From: Desulfonatronovibrionaceae bacterium
Lineage (GTDB): Bacteria; Desulfobacterota; Desulfovibrionia; Desulfovibrionales; Desulfonatronovibrionaceae
Length of the DNA: 64,000 nucleotides
Direction of reading: 5' to 3'
Assembly (NCBI GenBank): GCA_046539845.1
Contig: JBKHGE010000008.1
Location: 1-64,000, forward strand
Shown: positions 1-9,762 of the stretch, piece by piece
How positions within the stretch are numbered: position 1 is the first letter of the stretch
How the letters are laid out: every line of letters begins with the position of its first letter
The notes under the pieces: generated by a model
The model's database searches: none
Told to the model about the DNA's origin: nothing
The model's input: the letters and a program-made list of their open reading frames with translations, nothing else
Program-made: the position numbers and the translations under genes

Positions 1-383
1 CATAGTAGATTGCCGAGGTGTACTGAAAGCCGCGGTCCAGGAAAGAGCCGCCCGAATCCGTGGGGTCGATTAGTTCCCAGAATCTGTTGAGTAACTGCTC
101 GTAGGATATTCGCTCCGGACTGAAGACGACTTTGACTGTTTCCCTGTGTCCGGTATCCCCGGAGCATACTTGCTTATAGCTCGGGTTCTTGACATGTCCG
201 CCACTGTATCCGGATATAACCTCGATTACTCCAGGCATTTTTTGAAAGGCATCTTCTTATTCCCCAGAAGCACCCGCCGGCGAAATAGGCCTCGTCAAAG
301 CTTTTTTCTCCCTGTGCCTCCGCCCTGGTCCCGGCTAGGGAAAAAGTCCCCATAAAAATAGTGAAAAGAATAGTGTAAAACAT
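1..383 (-). pseudogene. msrA: Exported peptide-methionine sulfoxide reductase MsrA with a +1 frameshift (pseudogene or sequencing error); 3' end runs off the window
   Basis: Signal-peptide-like N-terminus then AYFAGGCFWGI. Removing one base at 257/258 restores EDAFQKMPGVIEVISGYSGGHVKNPSYKQVCSGDTGHRETVKVVFSPERISYEQLLNRFWELIDPTDSGGSFLDRGFQYTSAIYY, a classic MsrA sequence. Confidence 0.85.
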
Positions 384-526
384 TTTAACCTCATTTTTAG
401 GGCTCTCCGACATAGCGGATGAAAACCACAACTAATGTCAAGGACCCACTTTTTAGTAATGGCTATTAGTATTAGTAAGTGCTTTTCTAGTTTTGGCAAG
501 GCAGGGTTTGGGGATTTGTTTTTTCG

Positions 527-1051
527 TTATCCGGAGCGACCTTTTTTCTGCCTGGCTATGGCCTGTTCAATGCTGTCGGCCACCTCCTGAGGGTTGAGTT
601 CCTCACCGTTTTCGACCCAGGCCAGGGTGACGTTTATCTCCCTCTGGATCTGGGGCTTGTGGATATTGAAATATGACTTCCAGGCCTCAACAGCCTGATC
701 CAGGGAGCCCTCCCTGGCGTGAGAGAGTCCGCGATACAAAACACAGAATTCGTCCTTGGGCCGGAGCCTCTCCGCCTCGTCCCAGTATTTGCGGGCCTCT
801 TCGGTACGCATGAGCCGCAGGCAGCAGTATCCGGCCATGCGCAGGGCCTGAATGTGCGCGGGTTCCTCTTCTAGAAACCGGTCGTAGCTCTCCCTGGCTC
901 GGGCGTAATCCTGGTTTTTGAGATGGTCATCCGCTTCCCGGAGCTTGGGGTGCAGCCCGGACATGTCCCCGGCCGACCACTCCCGGAAGCCCATTTTCTT
1001 GGCCACTCCCCGGAAAAAATCCCGCCGGCTTATTTTATCTTTTTGTCCCAT
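527..1051 (-). CDS. TPR-repeat protein
   Basis: TPR-like helical repeats (YARARESYDRFLEEEPAHIQALRMAGYC; YRGLSHAREGSLDQAVEAW). Confidence 0.75.
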   Translation of the reverse strand: MGQKDKISRRDFFRGVAKKMGFREWSAGDMSGLHPKLREADDHLKNQDYARARESYDRFLEEEPAHIQALRMAGYCCLRLMRTEEARKYWDEAERLRPKDEFCVLYRGLSHAREGSLDQAVEAWKSYFNIHKPQIQREINVTLAWVENGEELNPQEVADSIEQAIARQKKGRSG

Positions 1052-1124
1052 GTATAAAAATCCTTGAGGGTTTATTGTCTGAAAGTTTTCTGCAACTTTT
1101 ACCTATTTCCTACTGGGGCCGGCG

Positions 1125-1985
1125 TCAAGCCGCGGCTATGCAGAATATCCCGGCCAGCATACACGCAGACCCGGTTATCCGTTTTCCGAATTCCTTTTCC
1201 CGGAAGATGAATCCCCCGGCCAGGACACCCAGGAAGATGCTGGTCCTCTTGATCGCGATTACATACGGGACGATGCCAATATTGATGGCAGTCATCTGGG
1301 ACAAAAGTCCCAGGGCGGTAAAAAGTCCGATAAAGAAAAGCGGATATATGCTGCCTTTTTTAACGGAAGCTTTCTTGCGGCGAAAGAGCAGGGGCAGGGT
1401 GATCCCGGCCCCGATCACCGTCTGTACGCAGGCGGACCAGAAAAACGGAGAGGTCTCCCGGACACCGATTTTGTCCATGTTCGCGGCTATACTCCAGATA
1501 AAGGCCACTCCCAGCATCCAGCGCGGTCCGGGTCTGGCCACGAGGGCCAAAAGCGGAGCCAGAAATCCCCGGCCCTTGCCCAGCCCCAGGATATAGCTGC
1601 CGCAAACGATCAGCAGAATGCCCGCGTACCCGGGGATTCCCCCGGGGGACTCGTCTACCAGTAGCGGGGAGGTGATGAGCAAAAAAAGCGGAGTAAAGCT
1701 CAAAAGTGGCAGGGTCAGGGAGAGGTCATCCGTGTTTATGGCCCGGACATACATGAATGTGGCCGCTATATTCAAGCCGCCGCCCACGGCCAGGGCCAGC
1801 CAGAATTGCGGGGACAAAGTCTCCGGCCAGGGTATAAACAAAAGCACCGGCCACAAAAAGGGGAGGGACAAGACTTTCCAGGCCCAGGCGATTGTTGTTT
1901 CCCGCGTGTAGCCCAGGGAATACTTGCACAGTGTGTCCTTGGCCCCTTCGAAAAAGGCGGTAAAAAAGGCGAAGATTATCCACAT
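1125..1985 (-). CDS. EamA/DMT family transporter
   Basis: 286 aa, about 10 hydrophobic segments with two-fold internal repeat. Confidence 0.85.
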   Translation of the reverse strand: MWIIFAFFTAFFEGAKDTLCKYSLGYTRETTIAWAWKVLSLPFLWPVLLFIPWPETLSPQFWLALAVGGGLNIAATFMYVRAINTDDLSLTLPLLSFTPLFLLITSPLLVDESPGGIPGYAGILLIVCGSYILGLGKGRGFLAPLLALVARPGPRWMLGVAFIWSIAANMDKIGVRETSPFFWSACVQTVIGAGITLPLLFRRKKASVKKGSIYPLFFIGLFTALGLLSQMTAINIGIVPYVIAIKRTSIFLGVLAGGFIFREKEFGKRITGSACMLAGIFCIAAA

Positions 1986-2006
1986 GACCGGATAAGTTTT
2001 CGCTTT

Positions 2007-3125
2007 TTAGGCGAGATATGTCCGCTGGTTTTGGCCCAGCTGGCAAAAGACCTCATAGGAGATGGTCCCCCACCAGCCCGCGAGTTCATGCACGGACACG
2101 GACCACTTCCCATTGCCACCCAGGATGTAGGCCCGGTCTCCGGGTTCGGCCTCTGGGATATGGGAGACATCCACAGCAGTGAGCTGCATGCATACCCGGC
2201 CCAAAATCGGGGCCTTTTCCCCGCGTACAGCCATCCATCCCTTGTTGGACAGGCCGCGGGAATAGTTGTCTGCGTAGCCGCAGGCGACAATGGCCGCGCG
2301 CATCCTGCGCGGGGCGCGGTAAGTGCGGCCGTAGCTTATACTCTGCCCGGGACGGATATCCCTGATTTCCAGTACAGGTGCGCTTACATGCATGGCCTGG
2401 GTCAGAGCGGCCCCTTTCTCCGTCCACGGGTTGCCGTAAAAGGGGTTTCCTCCGTACAGAGAGATCCCCGGCCGTTGGGTATCCAGGTGCAGGTCCGGAT
2501 GGGCCAATACAGCCGCGGAATTGGCCAGGCTGATGCGGCATTTTAAGCCTTGTTCTCTCAGAGTGTTGTCTACCCCGAGCAGGGTCTCGGCCTGCAAAGC
2601 GGTGAATTTCTGTTCGCCGGGGTCATCGGCTGCGGCCAGGTGCGAGCAGAGATAGACCGGCTTCAGGTTTTTAAGCCCCTTCAGGGTTCGGGCCACTGTG
2701 TCTGCCTGGTCCGGCTCAAAACCCAGTCTGGACATCCCGGTATCGAATTTAAGGGCTATGGGCACTGTGCTCTTTCCCGCCTTTTCGCTCAGCCTGCGCA
2801 TATGTTCCAGGCTGCCGATAAACGGGACGAGGGAGTAATCCAGGATATCTTGGTAGTCGCGGTCCCGGATCGGTCCCAGAAGAGAGATTATTTCCCCCGC
2901 ATACGGAGTCAGACGCAGGGCTGCGCCTTCATTCGCCGTGCCCACGGCAAGAGAGTCGGCCCCGTGTTCGGCCAGGACTCTGGACACCGGAACAAGGCCG
3001 TGGCCGTATGCATTGGATTTTATGACCGGGATGGGGTTGCGGCATTTTTCTTTTAGCAGACGGAAATTGTGCTTCACGGCCTCGAGGTCGATTTCGGCCC
3101 GGACTTCGTTGTACCAGATGGACAT
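2007..3125 (-). CDS. alr: Alanine racemase
   Basis: VIKSNAYGHG PLP-lysine motif, KFDTGMSRLG, RPGISLYG, GRVCM, GTISYE. Confidence 0.97.
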   Translation of the reverse strand: MSIWYNEVRAEIDLEAVKHNFRLLKEKCRNPIPVIKSNAYGHGLVPVSRVLAEHGADSLAVGTANEGAALRLTPYAGEIISLLGPIRDRDYQDILDYSLVPFIGSLEHMRRLSEKAGKSTVPIALKFDTGMSRLGFEPDQADTVARTLKGLKNLKPVYLCSHLAAADDPGEQKFTALQAETLLGVDNTLREQGLKCRISLANSAAVLAHPDLHLDTQRPGISLYGGNPFYGNPWTEKGAALTQAMHVSAPVLEIRDIRPGQSISYGRTYRAPRRMRAAIVACGYADNYSRGLSNKGWMAVRGEKAPILGRVCMQLTAVDVSHIPEAEPGDRAYILGGNGKWSVSVHELAGWWGTISYEVFCQLGQNQRTYLA

Positions 3126-3178
3126 TATTTTCCTCCGTATAGGTGACGGTTTTCGGATTTGAATGCAGTCCTAGCGCA

Positions 3179-4177
3179 TTATCCGCCTATGGCGGACATG
3201 ATCTTTTGGCACACGCTTTCATTATTGTGTTGATGCTCGCGCAAGAGCTTGTAGCCGAGCGGCTTGCTTTTGCCCGCAAGTTCCAGGACCTTCGTGAATT
3301 TGGCCTGGCTTATCTTCGGGGAGCGGAGCAGGCCGCGCAACCGGTATTCCTTGTCCGAGAAAAGACAGGTGCGCAACCGGCCGTCCGGAGTTACCCGCAG
3401 CCGGTTGCATTCACTGCAGAAATGGTTGCTCAAGGGGGAGATGACCCCTAACCGGCCCTTGCCTTCCGGCAAAGAAAAGAGTTTGGCCGGTCCGCTGGTT
3501 TTATTCTTGGATGTTACCGGCTCAAGTGTAGTCAGATTTTTTGCTTCGGCCAAGATGTCTTTGCATGACCAGTGGAAGTCCTGGTTCCACATGGTTTTGC
3601 CCCCCACGGGCATGAACTCGATAAAGCGCACGTCCACGGGCTTTTCCAGGGCCATGCGCAGAAAGGAGGGTAGTTCGCCGTTGTTTATTCCCTTCAAAGC
3701 GACCGCATTGATCTTTACCCGGATCCCCAGCTCCAGGGCCTCGTCAATCGCCTCCAGAACCCGGGGGAAAAGATCGCGACCGGTGATTTTTTTGTATTTT
3801 TCCCGGTTCAGAGTGTCCAGAGATATATTTAAGTATTTCAGACCCTTGCGCTTTAGTCCGTCCATCTTCCCGGTAAGCAGGGTCGCATTCGTGGTCACCC
3901 GCAGGTCCATGTCCGGATGATCGGAGCGGATCATCTCGATAAAGCTCAAAAGCCCCTTCCGGGCAAAAGGCTCTCCACCGGTCAGCCTGATTTTGGCCAC
4001 CCCGGTTTTTTCGGCTGCAGAAACAATGCGCAGCATCTCCTCGTAGCGCAGAATCTTTTCATGGGGCAGAAACTTTATGCACCGGCTGTCCCGGCAGTAA
4101 AAACAGTTCAGGTTGCAGCGGTCGGTCACGCTTAAGCGCAGATAATTGACCCCCCGTCCGTAATTGTCCACTATCAT
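3179..4177 (-). CDS. moaA: GTP 3',8-cyclase (molybdenum cofactor biosynthesis, radical SAM)
   Basis: YLRLSVTDRCNLNCFYC, FCSECNRLR..C, C-terminal MSAIGG; start taken at MIVDNYGR. Confidence 0.97.
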   Translation of the reverse strand: MIVDNYGRGVNYLRLSVTDRCNLNCFYCRDSRCIKFLPHEKILRYEEMLRIVSAAEKTGVAKIRLTGGEPFARKGLLSFIEMIRSDHPDMDLRVTTNATLLTGKMDGLKRKGLKYLNISLDTLNREKYKKITGRDLFPRVLEAIDEALELGIRVKINAVALKGINNGELPSFLRMALEKPVDVRFIEFMPVGGKTMWNQDFHWSCKDILAEAKNLTTLEPVTSKNKTSGPAKLFSLPEGKGRLGVISPLSNHFCSECNRLRVTPDGRLRTCLFSDKEYRLRGLLRSPKISQAKFTKVLELAGKSKPLGYKLLREHQHNNESVCQKIMSAIGG

Positions 4178-4295
4178 TTGCAGGACTCCGTATTTACTGG
4201 TTTGTGCATAAAAAATCCATACGCTGTGTTCATGAGCCAAAAACAAGTTGTTCAGCAAAGAGAAAAGCAGTGTTTTCTTTTGCACTGGATCGGTC

Positions 4296-5510
4296 TCAGT
4301 CCCTGAGCATCCACTCCCTTTCCGAAAACACCCGGCCGGCTGTCTGTGTTTCGAGCGGGCCCGGCGGCTCCTCCTCCGGCCGGTGATAGGAAAGCAGACA
4401 GGACCTCAGCTGCCTTCTCGCCTCCTGCCGGGGATCAGTGCCGGAAAGCGGAGAGTAATAGGTCCCCAACCCGTCCAGATTAGACTGCAGGCAGAGTATG
4501 TCTCCGGGAAGCTCGTTCGATTTTCCGAGCAGAAAGCGGAGCACCTTTGGTTCGGCCAGAAGTCCGTGACACGCAAGATTGAAGCGGCATTTCCGGTCTT
4601 CCAGGCACGGGGCGCAGGCCGGTGTGGTCTGCAATATCCTGTGGCCCAAACCATAGGGTCCAGTCTCAAAGCACCAAGCCGAGGAAAAGAAAAAGGCCCA
4701 GACAGGGACGCCCAGGTGTGCAGCCAGATGCATGGGGCCGGTATCCGGGGTGAGCACTGCTGCAGCCTGCTCCAGGCGGTTTAGGAGCTGCGGCCATCCG
4801 GTGGCACCGGTGAGGTCCGTGGTTATGTCCGCATGTTTACGAGGTAGCGAGGCCGCTATTTCTCGGGCCTTGTCTTTGTCCTGCCGGCCGCCGAGGAAGA
4901 CTATAGAGGCGGCGGAGTACCTCTCGCTAAGGGCCCGGACGTAGCCGCAAAGGATGGAGGCGGGTATGGACCGTCTCTGACTGCGGCCGGAGACGATCAC
5001 GGCCAGCTCTCTGCCTCGGGGCACGGCCGGGGGATTGACCTGTTCCGGGGAGATCGGATCCGGGGCGTGCAGGGCCCACAGATCGACAAGATTTATTCCC
5101 GCCGCCGCCCGGGAACGGGTCAGGTTAAAGGTCATGCGCGTCCATTTGCTCTTCAGCTGTTGCCCGCTGCGGGTATAGTACCCGCGCATGATTTCCGGGG
5201 GAAACAGGCGGGAGAGTGCGAAATTGATACCTGAGAAATTGAGGTTAAAGACCAAGTCAAAATCGACGTCCGAGAGTTCGGCCACGGCTTTTTGGGTCGG
5301 ACTCAGGATTTCAAGCGGCTTATCCCCTTTGGCATGGGCCGGGATGGGGATTACTCGTGCTCGGGGGTAGATCAGCTTGGCCAGTTCGCAAACAGAGTCA
5401 TCCACAACAAGCCACACCCGGCCGGATTGCTCCAGGGACAGGACTAGGCGTTTGCTTTGAAGCAGGTCGCCCATTCTGGCCAGTTGGATAACCAGGTAGT
5501 CTTTTTGCAT
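4296..5510 (-). CDS. Glycosyltransferase family 9 (LPS heptosyltransferase-like)
   Basis: QLARMGDLLQ and TPDTGPMHLAAHLG GT9 motifs. Confidence 0.9.
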   Translation of the reverse strand: MQKDYLVIQLARMGDLLQSKRLVLSLEQSGRVWLVVDDSVCELAKLIYPRARVIPIPAHAKGDKPLEILSPTQKAVAELSDVDFDLVFNLNFSGINFALSRLFPPEIMRGYYTRSGQQLKSKWTRMTFNLTRSRAAAGINLVDLWALHAPDPISPEQVNPPAVPRGRELAVIVSGRSQRRSIPASILCGYVRALSERYSAASIVFLGGRQDKDKAREIAASLPRKHADITTDLTGATGWPQLLNRLEQAAAVLTPDTGPMHLAAHLGVPVWAFFFSSAWCFETGPYGLGHRILQTTPACAPCLEDRKCRFNLACHGLLAEPKVLRFLLGKSNELPGDILCLQSNLDGLGTYYSPLSGTDPRQEARRQLRSCLLSYHRPEEEPPGPLETQTAGRVFSEREWMLRD

Positions 5511-5797
5511 AGTTTTATTACGCTTTTGTCTGTCGTCTTTTTCTACGCCTGCTTACCTTTAATCGCAAGGATGCTTTTTGTCCGTCCGAAAGGGCAAGGC
5601 CGGCCTCCCGCCGTCGCCAAGAGTCCTTATTAAAAGTATTAAAAATGAACAGGGAAAAATCCACTTCAAGTTTTGAAGACTCCCTTGTTAAACGCCTGCG
5701 CAAGAAATACAGGCGGTTTGTCAAGGAGCGGCTGGAAAACGGCCGCCTATCCGGGAGTCTGGTTTACAGTCGGGCTCGGATCTAGTAGTTATTGCAA

Positions 5798-6478
5798 ATG
5801 GCTTATTTCCCTGTTTTTCTGGATATAACTTTCCGTTTTTGTCTGGTGGCCGGGGCCGGACGGGTGGGATTGAGGAAGATAAAGACCCTGTCCGCCTGTG
5901 GGGTGGGAGGAATAATAGTCCTGGACCCCAGCCCGGATATGGAAGGCATTTTGGCCGCCTCAGCCGAGGCCCAGGCCCGGCCGCGGATACTGCGGGAATA
6001 TTTTGCCCCCAAGCATTTGCAGGGTGTGAGCTTGGTATTTGCCTGTACTCCGGAAGAAGAGGAAAACGCGCGTATCGCTCGGATATGCACGGAACACCGA
6101 GTATTTTGCAATGTGGCCACCTGCGACGGGGGGGACATGATCCTGCCCGCCCTTTTGACCAGAGGGGAGCTGCAAATAGCCGTATCCACGGCCGGAGCAA
6201 GTCCGGCCCTGTCCAGGCGGGTGCGGGAAAAACTTGACCGGGAATTCGGGGAGGAATATGCACTTTTGGCCTCACTTTTGCGTTTTGTGCGCGGTCCAGT
6301 ATGTTCCCTGGGTCTGGAGCAGGAAAAAAACGCCGCTATATTCCGCCGCCTGACTGAGGAGGACGTTTTGGAGGCATTGCGGAATAAGGATCGACAGGGG
6401 CTTTTTGGGATTTTGGAAAATGTGCTTCCGGACGAGCTCGGGCCGGAAATAGGAGAAATGGTCCATGCCCTGGTTTAA
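5798..6478 (+). CDS. sirC: Precorrin-2 dehydrogenase / sirohydrochlorin ferrochelatase (SirC/Met8-like)
   Basis: Rossmann GAGRVG, IAVSTAGASPALSR; upstream of ccsA-hemA. Confidence 0.9.
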   Translation: MAYFPVFLDITFRFCLVAGAGRVGLRKIKTLSACGVGGIIVLDPSPDMEGILAASAEAQARPRILREYFAPKHLQGVSLVFACTPEEEENARIARICTEHRVFCNVATCDGGDMILPALLTRGELQIAVSTAGASPALSRRVREKLDREFGEEYALLASLLRFVRGPVCSLGLEQEKNAAIFRRLTEEDVLEALRNKDRQGLFGILENVLPDELGPEIGEMVHALV

Positions 6479-7292
6479 ACTGTTCGATTTGAGCATTGTC
6501 TTTATGTATTTTGCCGGTTCAGTCTTGTATCTGAGCGGATTCATGGCCGGCAGGAAAAAGGTCAAGAAAACTGCCGTGACCCTGGCTGTGATCGGCTTTG
6601 TCCTCCATTCCTTTGATCTGGCTGTAAAACTGTATCTCCCCTCTGCCCAGGCACTCACCCAGAATCAGTTCTATTTCAGTCTGTTGGCCTGGGTTTTTAT
6701 CCTGGTCTATTTTGCCCTGTGGTGGAGGATAAGACTGGAGTTCCTTGCTTTGACTGCGGCTCCGCTGGCCTTGGTCCTTTTCACTTCCTCCCTGTCGGTA
6801 AGCCAGGTCAAGCTGAATGTCCCGGATACCCTGAGCTGGCTGTGGTTCTGTCTGCATATCGGGTCCCTTTTTCTCAGCATGGGCCTTTTGGCTATGGCCT
6901 GCGGCGCGGGCATCGCCTATTTGTTTCTGGAGCGCAAGATCAAGACCAAATCCCCTCTTGGTGCTTTTTCCCGGGAGATGCCCTCTTTGAATGCCTTTGA
7001 CCTGGTAAACAGACTGGCGGTCCTGTGGGGATTCCCCCTTTTCACCCTGGGACTTTTGGCTGGATATACCTGGGCGGCCATAGCTTGGGACCGGGTCTTT
7101 TCCTGGGACCCCAAAGAAGTGGTTACCATCGGAGTCTGGTTTGTGTTCGGCTATCTTTTTCATCAGCGAATAGCCCTGGGCTGGCAGGGCAAGAAACCGG
7201 CTAAACTGGCCATTTTTTTGTTTGCAGTAAGTGTTGTTTCCCTTTTGGGCATTAATTATCTTTTACCCTCACACCATACTTTCAGGCCGTAA
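6465..7292 (+). CDS. CcsA/HemX-family cytochrome c assembly membrane protein
   Basis: WWD domain (WAAIAWDRVFSWDPKE), conserved His, about 8 TM segments. Confidence 0.9.
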   Translation: MPWFKLFDLSIVFMYFAGSVLYLSGFMAGRKKVKKTAVTLAVIGFVLHSFDLAVKLYLPSAQALTQNQFYFSLLAWVFILVYFALWWRIRLEFLALTAAPLALVLFTSSLSVSQVKLNVPDTLSWLWFCLHIGSLFLSMGLLAMACGAGIAYLFLERKIKTKSPLGAFSREMPSLNAFDLVNRLAVLWGFPLFTLGLLAGYTWAAIAWDRVFSWDPKEVVTIGVWFVFGYLFHQRIALGWQGKKPAKLAIFLFAVSVVSLLGINYLLPSHHTFRP

Positions 7293-8609
7293 ATGGACTA
7301 TAAGATATATCTGCTGGGCATTAATCATAATTGCGCGGATGTGGATATCCGGGAGAAATTCGCCCTTCCGGATATGGATCCGAACTTTCTTTTGCGTTCC
7401 CTTCCGGCAGTTCGCGAGGCCCTGGTTTTATCCACCTGCAACCGGGTGGAGCTGCTATGCGTTTCCGACAGAAACAAAGCCTTGCAAGTGTCCGAAATCC
7501 TGGAGACTTGGGCCGGACAGTGCGGGGAAGAAGCCGGCGTGCTCAAGGAGCATGCCTATGCCTTGGAGAACGGCCAGGCGGTGGAGCACCTTTTTTCCGT
7601 GGCCTCCAGCCTGGATTCCATGGTCCTGGGGGAACCGCAGATCCTGGGGCAGCTCAAGGACGCCTACCGCAAGGCGGTCTATCACCGTGCTCCCGGTCCG
7701 GTAATAAACCGCATGCTACACAAGTCTTTTTCCGTGGCCAAAAAGGTACGTACGGAAACCGCCGTGGCCTCGAGTGCTGTGTCCATAAGCTATGCTGCGG
7801 TAGAGCTGGCCAGAAAGATATTCGGGGAACTGGAGGGAAAAAAGGCCATGCTCGTGGGAGCAGGGGAGATGGCCGAGCTGGCTGCGGCGCATCTCCTGAA
7901 CTGCGGGATAGCGGAAATTCTGGTGGCCAACCGGACACTGCGGCGGGGACGGGAACTGGCGGATAGATTTGGCGGCCGCGCTGTGGGCTTCGAGGATATT
8001 CTGGACTGGCTGGGAGAGGTGGATATTGTGATAAGTTCCACCGGGGCCAGTTCTACGGTCATAAGCGCGGCCCAGGTGCGAAAGTTGCTTAAGAGGCGCA
8101 AAAATCGTCCCATGTTCTTCATTGATATAGCCGTACCCCGGGACATAGATCCGGACGTGAATATGCTGGACAATGTCTACTTGTACGATATTGACGACTT
8201 AAGGGAAGTGGTGGAGGAAAATCTGGCCGGGAGGCAGGAAGAGGCCCGCAAGGCCAGGGAGATAGTCAAAGGGGAGAGGGACAAATTCACCGCCTGGCTG
8301 AACGAGCTGGATCTCTCTCCGACCATTCAGGCCCTTTTAAACAGCGGAGAAGAGATCGCCCAACGCGAAGTGAACCGTACCCTGCGCTCTATCGGGGATT
8401 GTGACGAACATACTGTTCGGGCCTTGGAGACCATGGCTTCTTCCCTGGTGCGCAAGCTGTATAGGGAGCCTATAGTCTTTTTGAAACGTCGCGCCCAGGA
8501 AGAGGGTTCGGCCAGGGAGTTCATCCATTTGGCCCGGAGGATATTCAATCTGGACAAGGAGGATATCCCGCAGGGGGCGCACAAAAACCGCAAAAAAGAC
8601 AAGGAGTAA
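7293..8609 (+). CDS. hemA: Glutamyl-tRNA reductase
   Basis: LSTCNRVE, SLDSMVLGEPQILGQ, GAGEMA, DIAVPRDID. Confidence 0.98.
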   Translation: MDYKIYLLGINHNCADVDIREKFALPDMDPNFLLRSLPAVREALVLSTCNRVELLCVSDRNKALQVSEILETWAGQCGEEAGVLKEHAYALENGQAVEHLFSVASSLDSMVLGEPQILGQLKDAYRKAVYHRAPGPVINRMLHKSFSVAKKVRTETAVASSAVSISYAAVELARKIFGELEGKKAMLVGAGEMAELAAAHLLNCGIAEILVANRTLRRGRELADRFGGRAVGFEDILDWLGEVDIVISSTGASSTVISAAQVRKLLKRRKNRPMFFIDIAVPRDIDPDVNMLDNVYLYDIDDLREVVEENLAGRQEEARKAREIVKGERDKFTAWLNELDLSPTIQALLNSGEEIAQREVNRTLRSIGDCDEHTVRALETMASSLVRKLYREPIVFLKRRAQEEGSAREFIHLARRIFNLDKEDIPQGAHKNRKKDKE

Positions 8610-8612
8610 AAA

Positions 8613-8948
8613 TTGCGCTGCTACCTGGTGGACGAAATAAGACCTGAAGATATCCGCAAGCTCGAAGACAGGCTGTCCGAGATGCAGCTGGAAGGCGGGC
8701 TGCCCGGGGTGTACAAGCTCCCTGTCCCGGAGCGGATGCTGAGCGCAAAAAGAAGAGAGCACGCAGATACTTGCGCTCCGTACTACATGGCTATGGAGGT
8801 GGAAGGCGAGAGCATCAAACTCGAGTTTCTGGTTCGTTCGGAAGAAAAGATGCGCTGCCAATGTGTGGGATATGCCACCCCTGAACTACAGGCGCATATG
8901 ATGCAGTATATCGACGGATTGCTCTTTGAGCTGGGAATAAAGGCTTAG
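8613..8948 (+). CDS. Hypothetical protein
   Basis: 111-aa ORF tightly coupled to hemA with GGAG RBS; HxxxC and CxC residues. Confidence 0.7.
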   Translation: MRCYLVDEIRPEDIRKLEDRLSEMQLEGGLPGVYKLPVPERMLSAKRREHADTCAPYYMAMEVEGESIKLEFLVRSEEKMRCQCVGYATPELQAHMMQYIDGLLFELGIKA

Positions 8949-9112
8949 CTGAGCGCTGAAAAATCCTTTTTAATGCAATAGAGACACGGATCCTGAGTGC
9001 GGCGTTAAGAAGGTTTAGACCGAAGCGTACTTTTCAGTACTAACGATTTGAACTTTTTGCCACTTTGCTGCCTCCGGGAGATTTGGGACGGATTGTCAAT
9101 TCGCAGAAGAGA

Positions 9113-9136
9113 AAACAGCGCCGGGTAGCGCTGTTT
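9113..9136. terminator. Hairpin between convergent genes, possible bidirectional terminator
   Basis: AAACAGCGC-CGGGTA-GCGCTGTTT. Confidence 0.55.
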
Positions 9137-9203
9137 GAGCGATGCTGTAATCAAAGCGGCCAAAAGCCCCTGCCGGATCCGGCAAGGCCTTCTGGCCGTT
9201 ATT

Positions 9204-9665
9204 TTAATTGTTCTCTGGCCTGAGTTCCCCCTCCACCTCCTGGAGGAGTTCCATGGCCTGGGTAAGTTTTGTGCTCTGCTCCTCGCTGTTGAGCTGGGAG
9301 TTTATGGCCGATATCTGCTGGGCGGTTTCCTGCAGGGAACCGGCCAGGACCAGGTTGTGCGTGGTTTGGGGGAGATCGCGCAGTCCGTCTATTTCTTCCT
9401 CGAGCCCGGTCACCTTGTTGTCAATGGACTGGATTTGGTCCTGCACTCCGGACATTTCCTCGACCTTGCCGGACAGTCCCTCCAGATTCTGGTTCATGCT
9501 GAAAAAGAATACCACCAGTAAAAGGACCGAGAGGATGGAGATGACAATGGCCACCTTGCTCATGTCCTTTGGCGAGGCCGGGGGTAGTTTGGCCGAAGCC
9601 TTTTCCTTGCCTGTAGGTTCAGCTTCCTTTTCCTCGTGTAGCGGCTTGACCTTTTCTGCGCTCAT
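9204..9665 (-). CDS. Single-TM coiled-coil hypothetical protein
   Basis: AGGAGG RBS, one TM (VAIVISILSVLLLVVFFF), heptad-rich C-terminus. Confidence 0.75.
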   Translation of the reverse strand: MSAEKVKPLHEEKEAEPTGKEKASAKLPPASPKDMSKVAIVISILSVLLLVVFFFSMNQNLEGLSGKVEEMSGVQDQIQSIDNKVTGLEEEIDGLRDLPQTTHNLVLAGSLQETAQQISAINSQLNSEEQSTKLTQAMELLQEVEGELRPENN

Positions 9666-9762
9666 ATTCCTGCGACCTCCTTATTGTGTTCATGTTTCAG
9701 TTCGCCAATGTTAACTGTTAACTGTTACTAAAAATACCAAGATCAGATGTTAGGCGCAAGGG

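Noticed and set aside
1000..1051. SRRDFF twin-arginine-like motif at the start of the TPR protein
   Set aside because: No hydrophobic h-region follows, so it is not supportable as a Tat signal.
4296..4298. Other TGA stops (for example GT9, M23 peptidase) as possible Sec codons
   Set aside because: They fall at natural C-termini of complete domains and the sequence beyond shows no family-like continuation.
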